Assembly: GCA_964057225.1 (NCBI GenBank)
Contig: OZ059896.1
Span: 8,370,001 to 8,434,000, forward strand
Length of the DNA stretch: 64,000 nucleotides
Origin: Auanema rhodensis
Lineage: Eukaryota > Animalia > Nematoda
Direction of reading: 5' to 3'
Positions 14,746 through 29,927 of the stretch are shown here, in pieces. Position 1 is the first letter of the stretch. Every line of letters begins with the position of its first letter. A program made the translations under genes and the position numbers. Below the pieces are notes generated by a model. That model did not search any database and was not told the DNA's origin. It saw only the letters and a list, made by a program, of their open reading frames with translations.

Positions 14746-17700
14746 TTTCATTTATTTTTTATTATAGTTGTTGTTGTTGTTGTTGTTGATACCTTTCCCG
14801 TATCTGGAAATAACTGATTTGGTTTGCGGGTCTAAAAACTTCTGTTATATGAAAATTCTGTTATATTGTTGCGAACTAGACACGATTGTTGATACTGTTG
14901 ATAGTTTATTCGTTAAATAAATGCCTTTATTAATAAGATATGCTTGCAAGAAAAACTATCATTGGTTTAACAAAGCAATATTTCACAAAGTAACTTCATA
15001 TGCAATAACATAATATAAGCTTCTGTAGTATAACAGTTTTGAAAAAAAACTAAAAGTCAAACACATTCAACATGATTTTTTTTAGTTTTAGGACTTTTCA
15101 TTCATTGCCTTATTTGATTTGTCGTAATTGCTCTTATACACTTGAGTGATTAAGGATATTAACATGAATCCCTTTGCAAATGAATATTTTTTCCAGTAAG
15201 AAAATATACACGTCTTTCATCAAGTTCTTAACATTGTTTGTAGAACTCTTTTTTATGCTTGAAGGCATTAAACAAATGTTTTTCTATTTTTGGAATCTAT
15301 ATGAATAGTACTTTGGAAAAATGTGTCATTGTTTATATCAATAGAAAATTTTGGTGATAATCAAAACTTTTTAATAAATTTTTATGAAATAAAATCATAT
15401 TTCGTCTAATAAAATGAGATGAACTTTGATATGAAAAATGAGCTTCTATTTTTAATTTGAGATCAGATGAGTCTTGCGATGCAAAAACGATTTTCATATT
15501 GATGATTGAAATCTCTTTAGACAGATTTGCAAATGAAGCATGAAGTTGATGAAAGATTATTGAAAAAGAAACTAGATGTACTCTTCTAGTAATTCATTGT
15601 ATATTGAAATGCTTTAAGGAAAATATGTTCTTATATTGTTCTTTTTGTCAGATTAGACATGTCGTTTATTTCATTTAGCATGTTACTTGTTACCAAATCG
15701 TCCAGTAATTGTACTCTTTTTTTCTTGTAATTAATCTTTGAGTTTGAAGTATTTCTAGAAAAAATAATTTCTCCGTTTATCCTCATTAGTTGAGTAAAGT
15801 TAAAACAATTTGAAAAAAATTAGAAAGGAATTCTTTTATACTTTCCCATTCGAACTTGAGTTAATTTTATTTTTAAAATTTGAATAAAAGGCTCGTTCCA
15901 TAATCAAGTCTCAATCAAAATTTGTGAGGAACATTATCTTATTTAATGATTTTAGATTTTTTTTTAATATTTTTAATATCAATGACACTACCATAAACTA
16001 TTTAAAAAATTCATTTTAATCTATGGCTCGAGCGGAAAATATGTATATGCAATATATTTTTCAATGTTATTTAGACTTAATGAAATTGTTTTCTTTCATT
16101 TTAATTTTATAAATTAATTATCTATATATTTTTTGTATGGAAGAAGTTAAATGCATCCTCGAACATTTTTTCGAACATTTCATTTAATTGTTACGACTTT
16201 GTAATACAAGAAATGGTACACAAAAATGTTGGAAACATCTAATATCAAATGAAATTATATACGTTCTGTAAAAAAAATAGAATTTCTAATATCTACGTAG
16301 AAAAAATTTTAAGCTACGTACTTTCTAGGATTTCTTTTTGATTTAATTAAAAAGTACTTTGCGATAGTTAGAACCCAATCCTTTAAAATCAAAGATGATG
16401 TTGACGTCATTTCTTTGTGAAGCTGCTTTTTGTTTTCAAAGAAGAAGTAAAAAAAAATGTTGAACAAGAAATAGGTTTGTGGTCTATCTTTCATTCATGT
16501 AAGTTCGGATCATAGTTCTGAAAGCAATCGAAATTGAATTAAATATTCAAAGGTTTTTCATGTGTTCGAAGTTCTTAATCTTTTTCAATGAAAGTCTATT
16601 TGAAATTTCTGATCAGTTCGATAGCTTTACAACTGAGAGCAGCTAAGGTTACAATGTTTGTTTTTGAAGTTTTCCTTTTTGAATTTGAATATCTTTTTCA
16701 ATATGTGGTAAGAGATCTTAGAGTTTAAGTAGCGGACTTTGTTCATCTATCTTCTTCCTTGATATCAAATGAATCAAAATGTGGAAACAAACAAAAAGTG
16801 TCATCTGGGTGGCACCCCATTAACATTCAATTCAAACTTTTGAGAAAAAGTTTAACTTTAACTGTCCAACTTGAGACCACTAAGATGCACTTCCTTAAGA
16901 AAGGCCAATTTGGAGATAAAGGCGATTTTCGAACAATTAACCATCTTTCTTTATCTAGTCAACTTTTCTTCTTCTTTGGTTTGGCTTACAGAACAACTAA
17001 AATTAATTTAATTAAATATTCCAATTAATTATTTGAGAAAAAAACATTCTAACAGCCTAGCTCATTTGTTTCTTTACAAAGAAAGCTTAAATATATAATT
17101 TTTGTTGCTGTCACAAAGATACTTATTTTCTCTAAATTATTGACCCAAAAACATTCAGAATTTTTCTGATATATTCATATACTCGTTTATTAAACAATTG
17201 ATTTTAAATGTTCAGAAGTTCTTTTTTTTATGACGGCCAGTTATGTTTTTTTCTTTTATTTTTCATTTTCATTTGAATTTTAACTAATTTTTCTGTTGTT
17301 ATCTGGGAGCTCACATGGTTCCGTTTTGTAAATTTTGCTTCTTCTTTCACTTTCCAAAAAACAAGGCAATCTAATGAAACTGATGGGGTAGTAGAGCAGA
17401 AGTTTTTCAAGATGAGTTTTATAGTTCGAAAGTAAATTAACTTGAGAAATGAACAAGTTGTAAATGTTAAAAACCATATGTTCGAAATATTAACAGCTTT
17501 TGTTTTGATTCCACATGAATTTACATAAAATGGGCAAATACCAAGAAATGAATATAAAATGTGTAATGTTCTATTGAGACCGTTTACGTGTTTTAATTGA
17601 AAACTATTTACTTACTCATTTATTATTATAAAATATGTATAAACACATAAATAAAACAGTTAGAGAAATAAATGTATTACCTTAGTTATTAAATTAAATT

Positions 17701-17994
17701 AACACTTCTATTAATATTTATTAAAAATATTTCTTATTATAATTAATATTTTAAGCTTAAGCAGGTTGCAAATCTTGTATTATTTCGTTGTGATTAATTC
17801 TATTCCGTTAATGTTTTGTGCCTTTTCCTTACTTCATATCCTTTACAAAAAAATGAAAAAAGAACGGGATTCTTTTTTTTCATTAGGAAAAACATTTGCG
17901 TTGTTTTAGCTGATTATTTCTGTGACATCAAATATTTTATTATTTTATAACATATGCAAGTATATTTCTTTATATATTATATACATATTCTTTC

Positions 17995-17999
<5 letters not shown>

Positions 18000-18028
<29 letters not shown>
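18000..18028. repeat. (TA)n microsatellite
   Basis: Perfect TA run. Confidence 0.9.
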
Positions 18029-18033
<5 letters not shown>

Positions 18034-21000
18034 GTATATATTCTTATAAAAATATCTATAAATTCAATATCTTAATCATAACCTCTTGAGTAAGAGGATA
18101 ATTGCTTGATCCTACGGACGGCTTGTTCTTATTTTGTTGTCTCAGCTTTCTTCATCAAGTTAAAGTATTTTGTTATTTATTAACATTTGCTCAGAGTTGT
18201 TACTAAATTCAAAATTGGCAGCAAGATGTTTGTACATTTCTTCATAGATAGCTGAAGTATAGTTGACCTATAGTTAAGTTGACATGTAAATTTCCACTTC
18301 GTTATAAATTTACTTCCAATTACTATACATATGACATTGACCAAAAGCCTTTGCTGTCAACTTTCTTTCGCATACGAATTAAGAAATAGATATAATATTA
18401 CAAATTTCATATATATATAGAGTACAATATTTATAAAAAAATTGTTATGACAAACTTTTTGTTGTAATAGCTTCTTTTTATGTTTTAAATAGTAGTTATG
18501 CAACAAATAGATAGCAAGATATAGAATGAATCCTCCATTCATTTTATCAAAATGAAATGTACTCTCTTAATGTTTATATTCTCACATAAACTTATATTAA
18601 GCTAATGATAAATATAATATTTGCTAAACTATTCATTTTATTATCTTTTTTTGCATTATAGTTTTATATAAAATAATAGGTCATTTGAATATATAAATAT
18701 TATTTTAGCATTTGAAACAATAGTTTTATTCTCTGAATATAAAATTCTATAATATTAGATTTTTGTTATTTCTGAATATAATTCATTGAGTGTGAATATT
18801 GGAGACATATTTTCATACGATTCCCTTAGGGCTTAACCCAGTCTTTTCTTGAACACAACTTGACCAAACTTTTTTTTTTCTACAAACGAAAAAACCAAAC
18901 TGTAAATAAATATATCTTCAAGAGTAAATTGCAATTTAAAGAAGTTTTTCTTAAGTTTTTTTTCAATTATTTTGTGCCTGTTATACACATATATGTACGT
19001 AGTACATACTATATTTTATTATTCCAATGTGCATTGATGTACATATGTATGTCTGACGTCGTCTGAGCCATTGGATTAAGAATTTTAATAAAAAATACTA
19101 AAATTCGTCAGAAAAAAATCCATTAATACCTTTTGAAGCATTTACTTCCTCTAAATTGTGGGATTGATCATATCTTAATAAACCATATTTCAAATTCGCA
19201 GTCGAGATGGAAAGCTGAATACAACATGTGGTTGATCTCACGAATCTTGTATTTTAATTTAAAATTATACATGTTTATATACAATTTTTTTCCATATATT
19301 TCGAATGATATTTTACGATAAAAGTTATATTCATTTGGATGTTCTATGTAAATGTTTTATATTAGTATACTTTATTATAGTTATTAGTAGGCAATACATC
19401 AATGTTATAATAAGTATATTCAGAAATATAATTTTTGAACGCATTAATGATCTTCATTCTGAACCCTAAACAATAATACATACTATGCTTTATACATATT
19501 TATAAAATTATAGTAAATGATTTTCAGATACACTCTATCTATCTTCCTCCGCAAATCCTATTCATTTGTAACTTCGTGATGTGTTCTCAATCACTTATTT
19601 TATAATTAGAAAATCGCAAAATAACTTCATATGTTTTTATTTTGTCAACTTGATAACATTTTTTTAATTTCCAAATTTTCGAACTTAAATGTGAAAAAAT
19701 GGAAAAACATTGAATGACTTATTTCATCTAAACATGTACACATGTGCATCCATAGATGCATGCCCATGTAACTGCATATATAGATGTGGATGTATATATC
19801 AATTAAGATTTCTTTTTTTCACATTTGCTTTCAATACATATACGGACATTATAATACATAAATTAATTGAAAATATCCAATAAAATTTACTATTTTCACT
19901 ATGTTTATATCTAAATATATTCATTATTAGCCATATTTCATATTCTATTGTATGACGTCATGAGATTTTTTGGAATATTGATGTATGTATGTGTAGTATA
20001 TTCATCTCAATACATCCGGAAAAAAAGAAAACGTTCTTGAGGTTATATCTAAATATATCTATTTATATATAAGAAATTTCAATATAGATATATAGAGATA
20101 TATTTATATATCGAAATTTCTAATTTTATATTCTTTTCAGTCCGTATTTCACAATGCTTACAAGTTGGCAACATTTTTTAAGAGAAAAAAGACAAGACAA
20201 AGAAGTATAAGCTTTTATTTCATTTTTCATTGACACTGAATAATATTATCGTCATCAGAACATGAAGTACCAGGGTATATGTGTATATCTGTCTATCTAT
20301 ATCCTTCATTGAGATGTCAAATTTCCGCATTTGAGAATATTGTTATAGTGCCCTAAGACATGCACTCCAGAAGCATACGAAAGCTAGAGTTCGCACTTCG
20401 CTGCAACTATAGTTTTCTTCAGATTTAATGGAGTATTGTACTTATTTTATCTGGTATTATACATATTTCCTACAATCAACTGCCATGAACTTGTTCTATT
20501 TTTTTCCTTCTCATTATCAGCCGTTTTCTTGAAGTTTTCCCAGCTATTGTTTATGAAACTACGTAAGAATTTAGCCTTATTTGTTTGGTTTTACAGATAA
20601 TTGTTTGAAATAAGTTTTCTCGATAAGATATATCATAAATAACCCGCTGCAGGGAATACGTTTGAACTTCGTAATCTCAACATTTTTCTCATCTCCTTTT
20701 TATGAAAATTATATCTTCTTCACATGTTTTGCTCATGTTTTCTTCCGTCTAAAAGATTTCCCTGTGAATCGTTTTCTTCTTCTCCTGCTTCTTCAAAATA
20801 TCAGAAATACTATCCGTTCCAATTTCACATTTTCTGATTTTTATATAGTAAGAATATGTAAAATAAAAATACATTTTTTTCAAAAGAATTATAATAAAAA
20901 CCTATTTGATATCAATAATCCAAAATTTAAAGTTATTTTAATAGTTATATGAATTACGATGAAAAAAAGAAAGTTATGTCATCAAACGTTATTTATTTGT

Positions 21001-24000
21001 TTTTCATCTATGCTCAATGATGTTGCTTGAACCTCAATTGAATACACATATCATAGCTTCCGTTCTGAATTTTCGCGCTTCTATGGTAGCTGCTAAATTT
21101 TATGAATTTTTCAAATTTTTCTTCATTTTTTGTCATTTATCATTTCTTTTGTTTCTTTATTCAATACCTGAAATAGATTTATTTGTTTGAATGCTAGTCA
21201 AGCATAACGAATGTTTATTAGTATTTGACATGCAAAGCACGTCGTTGCTAACAGTCCTCAGTATGTCGTATGAACATTGACCCTTTAGATAGATCCAATC
21301 GATGTGAATATCAAGTATATCTTGTTTTAGCTCACTTTATCTGTGCAATTCACATAATAACTTTGAAATACAATGATTTTTCCACATATGCATACGAACT
21401 AACACATGTATGTATAAGACTTAGTATTCAATAACACTTATAGAGATTCTTTCCAACCAATTTTAAAAATTTAATTTTAACTTCTTGTCTTCCTATTTTT
21501 CATATTTTTCATCCCGTAATTTACTTGTATATCCTGTTTTTACTAAGCAAAAAAAAAGTTCTGCCTCAAGCGTATATCACCAAAATATCCTAATAACTCA
21601 AAAACGTTTGATTATTTTAATGCCATTAATCAAGAATGAGGCTCACTTTTAGCTTCAAAGCTTACAAGCATGCAATGTTCTCGTGTGCTTTACTCTTCCA
21701 ACTTAAGCAAATAGATTAAATAAAGTCGTCTTAAACTCTCGAAAGAGATCACCGTCTTTCTACAGCTGGCACGAAATCTTTTTGAAAAGAATTGTCAAAA
21801 TACAATATAGTTTTTTTTTTGAAGAAGAAGATTTGTAAAGCTCTTTTTAAATTCAGTGAAAATTTGAAGTTTGATGTATCCAGATGTATTCAGAGTATTT
21901 GAGAATAGCCTCTCCCAGTTCCACGCCAGAGTGTGCTTTTCCCTATCTCACTTATTTCATTCTCTCACTCTTAAAAATTTTTTCTTTTCCGTTCTTCTTT
22001 AACGTTTTTCTCTTCCTTTTGCAATTTGACACTCAAGAACAAAAATGTAAAGAGTAAGTTTTGTGTCATTTGGATGACGCCTTGTCAATTGGTTAACTTA
22101 TCATTCAACGTTTTTACCTTTGACTCTCATTTCTCTTCATTTCCATCATCATATTTTACAAGTTAGCATCACTTATGTAAAAACTTTAGAAGTATTTCAA
22201 TCCTCGCTCTACTATTTCAGCTTCCTCTCGTGACCGGAACAACAGAAAAAGCTGAAACGAAAGAAAGGATAAGTCTTCAGATCTATCCGTAGTGTATCTA
22301 GTTTGCTACCATCAGTTCTATTTTTCTTGAGTAAAAACTGTAACCACTGCAAGTCTTATTTTTGCCTGAAGATAATATATTCTATTTACAATTAAAAAAA
22401 TCCATTTATCATCCAAAAAAAGAAGAAAAAGAAGTAAAAATGAAAATAAAATAATAGCGTCATACTTCAACTGCTTTTCCAATTATCGTTTGAACGTTGA
22501 AGTTCTTATTTAATAATATTATACAAAGCTTTATAAGTTTTTTTGGAAACCTCAAATAGTTATTAATATAATATTTTTTCTTGATTAAAAATTGGACTTA
22601 TTCAATGAAACAATAAGATAATATATAAGCTTAAATTGAATGTCATTGTCATGATTTCAATTTCCGATTACTTAAAGGTAATACCTATTTAATTTTTCAT
22701 ATTTTTTGTTCTAGAGAATATTTTAATATAATATGATATGATGTAGGTATTTATCATGATTTTATGTGAATTTTTAGATTTTTCATGTTCATATAGTATA
22801 CATATAGTATATAATTCTATGAAACATGTACATATGTATGTATTTATTAATAAAACACAAAAAAAAACATTTTTTTATTATAAAAATGATTTTTTAATAT
22901 TATATATGTACATACATACATGAATATTAGTATATTAAACTTTTCTAACTCATCAATTAGCATTTCTTCTTCCTCTTCTTTTATTTTTTGATCATGATCT
23001 TTGGATGTAACTCATTTAAATGATGATGGAATCATAGAATTCTACTTTCTTTATATGCTAGTATTACTTCATATTCATTTTCGGATCATCGCAACTCATC
23101 ACAATGATGAATTGACATAATTTAATGAAAAAAATTAAATTTCTTTAAATTTCAGTCGTTTTGAATTATATGCCTATACATATCATTTTAATTTAATACC
23201 TTTTAAATGAGTAATACTTATGCAGACTTGGATATTATCCATATAATTGTATAGAAAAATATGATGGTATTTATAGAAATTTATTCAAAAAAATATATGA
23301 ATTAATTAACTTTATAAACTATATTTACAGAAAATTTATATTTCGTTTAAAAATTGTTATTGTTTATGATAATGTTGTATAGTTTTAACTCATTTCTAAT
23401 AGTTTCATCTTGATGATTTACCATTTTTTTCAATTATTTTAATCTATTAAACATCTTTATAAACATCTATCTATGTATATATGTATATGTATTTATATAT
23501 ATATTTATACAAAATATAGATATATAGATATTGATATAGATATGTATATGTATAGATATATCAATATGTATATATATACATATATATATAATATATATGA
23601 TATGTCTGTGTATATCTTCAAAAACCAGTGTACATATAGCTAAAAATATAAACAATAATTAGACGTTTTCAAATTGTTCATGAAAATATTTCCCGTGCAA
23701 TTATTACATGTAATGTTAAAAACTTTATTGTTGTTTCATTTTCATTAAGTTTGTCAACTAAATATTAATAAATACAAAAATAATCATATTTTAATACTAT
23801 AACACCCTTTTCGAAGAATATATGTATATGTAGTTCATTCTTACTAAATAGGATCTATCAAAAAAATATATTTAATATGTTTATACATACATTTATCTTT
23901 AATATTTTTTTTCTGATTAACACAGTTATATCAAAAATATATTCCAAAAATATTCTATAATTGTGTGAAATAATGATAATAGGTTATCATAAAAAGAAAA

Positions 24001-24473
24001 TACGGAACTTTTTTTTATTTCAGTTGTACTCGATTAATTTTAAATACTGTGTATAATCAAAAATCCTATGATTTTACCTATAAGATATAGTATTCAAAAA
24101 TATTTCAAATACTTAACTACATAAGTATATTAAATCTTCTTTTGATTCCTCTTCATCAACACAAATATTTAATCTGTTTTCCAATTTAGATAGACTGCTA
24201 GTAAAGAAACACATAAGAGTTTTTCCTTGTTTTCACATTTTTCAACAAAAAATTTGGAAAAATGAAAAATTGCAAACTCCAAGATATTTAGTGTATGCAC
24301 ATGTATACGAAATCTTTTCTCTATCTACTTCTAAATATTTTATAAAAATTATACAATTATTTAACACTTTTGAAATCATTTTACCATGTACTTATATTAC
24401 TAGTATTTAGCTTCATTTTTTTTTGACACATGTACATATTTTTATATAATATATTGATCTTTATATAATATAT

Positions 24474-24498
24474 ATACTATACTATACTATACTATACT
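24474..24498. repeat. (TATAC)n pentanucleotide repeat, ~5 units
   Basis: atactatactatactatactatact. Confidence 0.85.
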
Positions 24499-27400
24499 TA
24501 AATGGCGAGAAAAAGTAATAAAACGGCTTTTCCACCATTTTCGATATTTGAAAATTCAAGACAATTCTCATCTTTTACCTCTTTAGCATCATCTTTAATA
24601 GTAAAGATCAATTAGTTCATACTCATTTCTTTTTGCTGTCATGAACGTCCTTATTTGCATTTCTTTAGTTCGTTTGTTTTAGATATATACATATAGATAT
24701 GCCTTTAACTCAATTTAAATGCTTTATTAAATTTACTGCAAATTCAAAGAATTTCTATATTCTCACTATTCTTCCATTACTCAATTCATTGATTTTCTTC
24801 TGTTCTATTCATTAGGGTAAAATAATTTGTTTTATAATACGATAAATATAAATTTATATTTAGGTAAATTTTCTATATTTATATACTATGATATCAGATT
24901 TTTCTTTAGTTTTCCTAAAATAGACGCAAAACATCCTATAGTTATTACACACTCTTTTCGTTTTCTATATTATCTAATCCTCTCGTCTTATCTCTAAAAA
25001 ATTTTGTTTTTTTTTTGTTCAAATCTCGTTCAACAATTTTTTTTTCAAATTTTTCAAAGTTACATATATCTTATCTTATATAATCCTCATTATCATTTTA
25101 CTTGTTGTTCTTTTTCTTTCTTTTTTTTTTAACAAAACAAATCATAATGTTAAGCTTCATTATGCATAAATGATACATATATTATATAATAAAGAATGTT
25201 ATTAAATTTGTTTATACGGATACTACTATTTTTCCTTCTTCAATTTTCATTTAGACATCTTTAATGAAATTTAACTACTCCAATTACAATTTTTGCTTTT
25301 ATTGTGTTCTTAAGATTTACACAATGTAAGATGTTTATCGAGTCAAAAGCAGATTAGAAAAGCAGTATGATCATTTTTGTTCTTTCTTTTCATAGAAATA
25401 AGTAATAATTTTATTATTTTTTGTAATCTAATAATTATATATATAGATATACAGATATACAGATATATATATATATTTTATTTATATTGAAATAGTTATG
25501 TAAATCTGCTTTGTGAACATAGCTCGGTTGTTAGCTTTCTCGCGTCCGTAAAGCTGTACTTCCTGGTAACTAGGATCGGGAATACAAACGAAGAATTCAG
25601 TCTTTTTTTTCTCTAAAACATAATTTATTGTTAACTACTACTATTATTCACATTCAGAATGTATGAGAAGCAATTTTCTGTGATATATACAGATCATAGA
25701 TATTACAAAGAGATCAATATTCATGAATTCATCTGTCATCAATACTTCTCAATTTTATTGTTTTTTTTTTCAATTTTTTTATTCTTTCTATTTTTTATAT
25801 TTTAAAAATGATGAACTAATTGCCTATTTTACGAATATTGGTGGTCTCAACCGATGCCCATCGGATAGCCTGACGGTTATGTCAGCAGGGAGATTCTGGT
25901 ACCGATGAAGCCGGGTACTTATGCATGTATGAATACGAATATGCAAAGCTAGCCATTTAGAGTAATATCTCTTAGAAAAATATTGTTTAAATTTATTATT
26001 AGACCAGTATTATGACGTGATTATCTTTTTTTTTCTTTATATCAAACTATTTTCATGTAAATGTACATGTAGTAGCTGTACTTTTGACGCACGCAGTCTT
26101 CAAACTCTGCATCTAAAATTACATCACTTACATTGAATATACTTATTATTTATTTGATATTTGAAATATTTATTATATCTAATATTTTTCTTCATTTCGT
26201 TTTGGGCTTAAGTAGGTTTTTAATTCACAAAATACTATTTACTAAATACATAACAATCACGAGTAAATCTTGGACATGAAAGTGAAAGGTTTTATCTCAT
26301 CATAGTTTGTTAAGCTCATCAATCTTGATTATTGAAAATTGACGCTATTGATGGAACGTCTTCTTATTTTTTCTTCAATGAAAACATTATCTTTGTTTTA
26401 CTCTATAATGTTTGGTATTACGTTATTTGAGAAGGCACACTTTCAATTATTTTTGAAATTATTCTCAACAGTGCCTTGTTTTTTGAACTTTAATTCAATT
26501 TCTCTTATTCGGATCTTTATTTTTTTGCTTATAGGCTATTGCTAACTGCCTCGTTATTTGGTATTAGACACTATTATCTCTTTTTTTATACATATATCAT
26601 ATCTATAAATAGGTATATACATATAGTATATCTATATATTATGTTATCAAACTTTTATATCAAAAATATTAGGATTAAGCTAAGATTCAAACTTCAATTA
26701 ATTTTGTCTGATTTTCCATTGACATTTCATCATTACGTATATTTACCCGTATGTCATTTAGAACAATACAAAGAAGATGAAAAATTAAATCGAAAATAAG
26801 TTTGAGATCTGCATACGTGCAGTCTTATAGATATATTCACATAGCTAGGGATATGTTTTTCTTAATTTTGCATTTTTCTTTAATCTCGTTGTTAGGATCA
26901 CCTGTTTTGGATTTATCATACATTATTTTAACTTACTCTACAATTTGATAGAAGTTTGGTTTTGTTGTTACTGTTCAAACATCATTTGATGTAATGATGT
27001 AATACTGTTCTGTTTTTCGTTTCAGAAACTGCTTTAAAAACTTGATGAATATGTAGAAAAAAAATACAAAAAATAATCCTGAGCATAATATTTTATTTTA
27101 TTCAAACTATTTTTGAAAGTTATGTTAAAACTTCCCTTCAATTTTTTATAATGAGAGCTTACAAGAAGTTATCAGCAAGAAAGTGTTACTTCTAAGAAGG
27201 CAAAAATTAGTTTAGAAGCATTGCAAGAACTGTTCTACTGTTATCTTTCATTTCTCAACATTTTCTAATATTTATTCAAAAAATATCTACTTTTTTTTCA
27301 CAATACTCATACTAATATAAATGAAATTTTCTTATTTTCTAAAAGTTTTTCTTTTTTTTTTGAAAGAGATCGGCTAACAAAACTGTTTACACTTCCTGTT

Positions 27401-29927
27401 ATATTTTCAATTCATCCGTATATATTTAAGCCTTAAATGAAAAAAAGAAGATATAAATCATGCGTATAACTGATATAATTAGAAATAATGGATTAAAATC
27501 ATTTTTCTTAACTCTTACTATACTATATACAATAATATAAATCGAAGATATGTTTCAAAATTTTCATGTATATCTAACTATTTCCATATTGACTTTTCTT
27601 TATTTTTTTTCATTCTGAGTATATCTTCTATATTTTGACTTCAAATTATTTGTTTTATAATTTGCGAATTTTTGTTTCAAATCAAGCTAAAAAAAGAAGA
27701 ACAATGATCTCATATCTAGGTTTATATGTGTTCTTCCAACTGTAATATTTGCCAATTTTAATGTTTTTCATTTTCTTCAACTAAAGTGGAGCATTTAATT
27801 CTCAAATAGATTTCGTACATCTTGTGCTTTTCGTGTGTTTATGAAATTTATTATTAAAATACGTATACAGATATATATATTATAATATCCAATATACTAT
27901 ATTCAATTCGTTGCTTTTTGTCATGTGTGTTTAAATTTATCTTATTCAATTTTTCTGAATCACCATATAATTGAACACACAATGATTGTATTTTTGATTT
28001 TATTCCAAATTTAAGCATTCATTGTTTATATATTCTCACAATTATTAAAAATTTATAAAAAAAATCTGATAGAGGAAATGATATGAAAATATAATGCATT
28101 TGGTGTTCATGAAATCAGTTGTTGTCTTACTAATATAACTCTTAAACATTTATAAAGACTTGTATGTATGTATGTATTCGTTTTTTTTTCTTGGAAATCA
28201 AGTAAGAGCAACTATTCAAACCTCTTGTCAAGAACGTTTCATTTTTCAAATTCAAAAAATGTGTTTGAGATTTGCTATAAAAAAATAAAGAGAAGAGAAT
28301 CAGAAAAAAGCTAACAACTGCCAATCATATTCTTTCATTTTTCTCAATCATGTACTCTTGTATGCTCAATTTAACCTCCACAATTGTTCTATTAGCTTAT
28401 TCTTACCAAATCAGGACTTCCCGGTAATAAGAAGTCGTAAAATGCAATTGACCTTAGCGTCGTCTTCCTCATCTTCATGTTCTCAACTGCTTTGATTTGC
28501 AGTTTCCTCTTAGCCTTTTGAAGCTTAGGTTTCTATGACATGCGTAGTAAAAACAGAAGACAGATGACAACGACGAGACAATGACCGATAGAGGACTAAT
28601 CAAGCCTCCAGGCGAGTAGAAGCGTATTCGTTGATCAAATGTCGCCTTTAAGCTTATTGTAAAGTACAGCATTCTACAAGCAGTACCACTCTCGTCATAT
28701 TTAGTATATTATATATTTGTATGGACGTATATGCACATACATATGTTTGCATGTTTTCATTTCACTAGTGTAAGATTAAAAGTTTTAATTTATATATACT
28801 TAGCTATATTAGATTATATGTATATATATGTATATATATATATATATATAACGTGTATTTCAGATTAGCTTTCATTTTTAATTAAGCTAGCCTGATAATA
28901 TATTTTCTCGTCTCATTATCTTAGATGTTGCAACATGTATGTTAACATCATATTAGAACAAATAATTATTCTCTAAAACTAACTTTATGATTCTTTTCAA
29001 GCTTAAAATCATTCTTTCTTATATTTTCTATTGAAGACAATTAATGTATAATTTAGAGTGTGTGACAGGTAAAGTTCATATGTTTCTGATGCATATGATG
29101 GATGTTAGTCAGTTATCCAAACTTCCTTAGTTTGAAATTACTGAATAATTTTGGTTCAATTTCATGATTATTATATTTTTTTTTTGAATTTATCACAATT
29201 AAAATATATATTTATATATGTATATATTGTAGTTACTAGGTGAAAGTATAGATAAACTCGTTGAATATTTGATGTTCAACTTGAAAAATTAATTTTTTTT
29301 CTTTACATACATATTCAGTAATATGCCTATTGTTGTTATAACTGTGAAAAAAAAATGTTTTGAAGTGCAAATGGAACTGATGTGAAAAGAAAGTCAAATA
29401 AAATTGAATTACTCTTTTTCTCTGCCCCACGATGTCTGCTTATTCAGTTTTTTAACCATTTGGTTCTTCAACAACAAAAAAATCTTTCTTTTTCCTATAT
29501 TCAAATCTTGTGTCACTAGCGTGAAATTTGAAAGAAACAATAAAACGTTTAAGCATTGATTATACTGGAACAACTAAAAGTTTGAACTATTTGTTTCTAT
29601 CTATTCCATCGCGTTTTTTAACTATTTGTTGTTTTCTCAGACCAGTCTTGAATATCTAACTATTTCTAAAATATTCTATCAGTCTTGTTTTTGTTTAATC
29701 CGTTTTTACTTGGGTTATCAGAAAGTTCAACCGATGGTCTCTATGTCCAGCATGTATTCATTTTTTTTCCATTCAAGCTCCGCCTTTTTTACTTAAAGCT
29801 TATTCTATGTTCGTATTAATGCTTCAAATTCCTGATTTCAAAATTTGCAAAATATGTGTATTATACTCTTGTCTTCTTTAATAATTTTCTTTTATTAATC
29901 AATATTTTTTATGAAGTTATTATAGAT

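Noticed and set aside
22820-22925. Apparent inverted repeats (also 20045-20120 and 45064-45116) as MITE termini
   Set aside because: Explained by self-complementary TA/TATG low-complexity sequence; no target-site duplication or second copy seen.
18357-29430. Numerous 60-100 aa F/I/L/Y-rich ORFs in the AT-rich region (likewise 44-64 kb)
   Set aside because: Composition reflects low-complexity AT sequence; many start at non-ATG codons and have no splice support.
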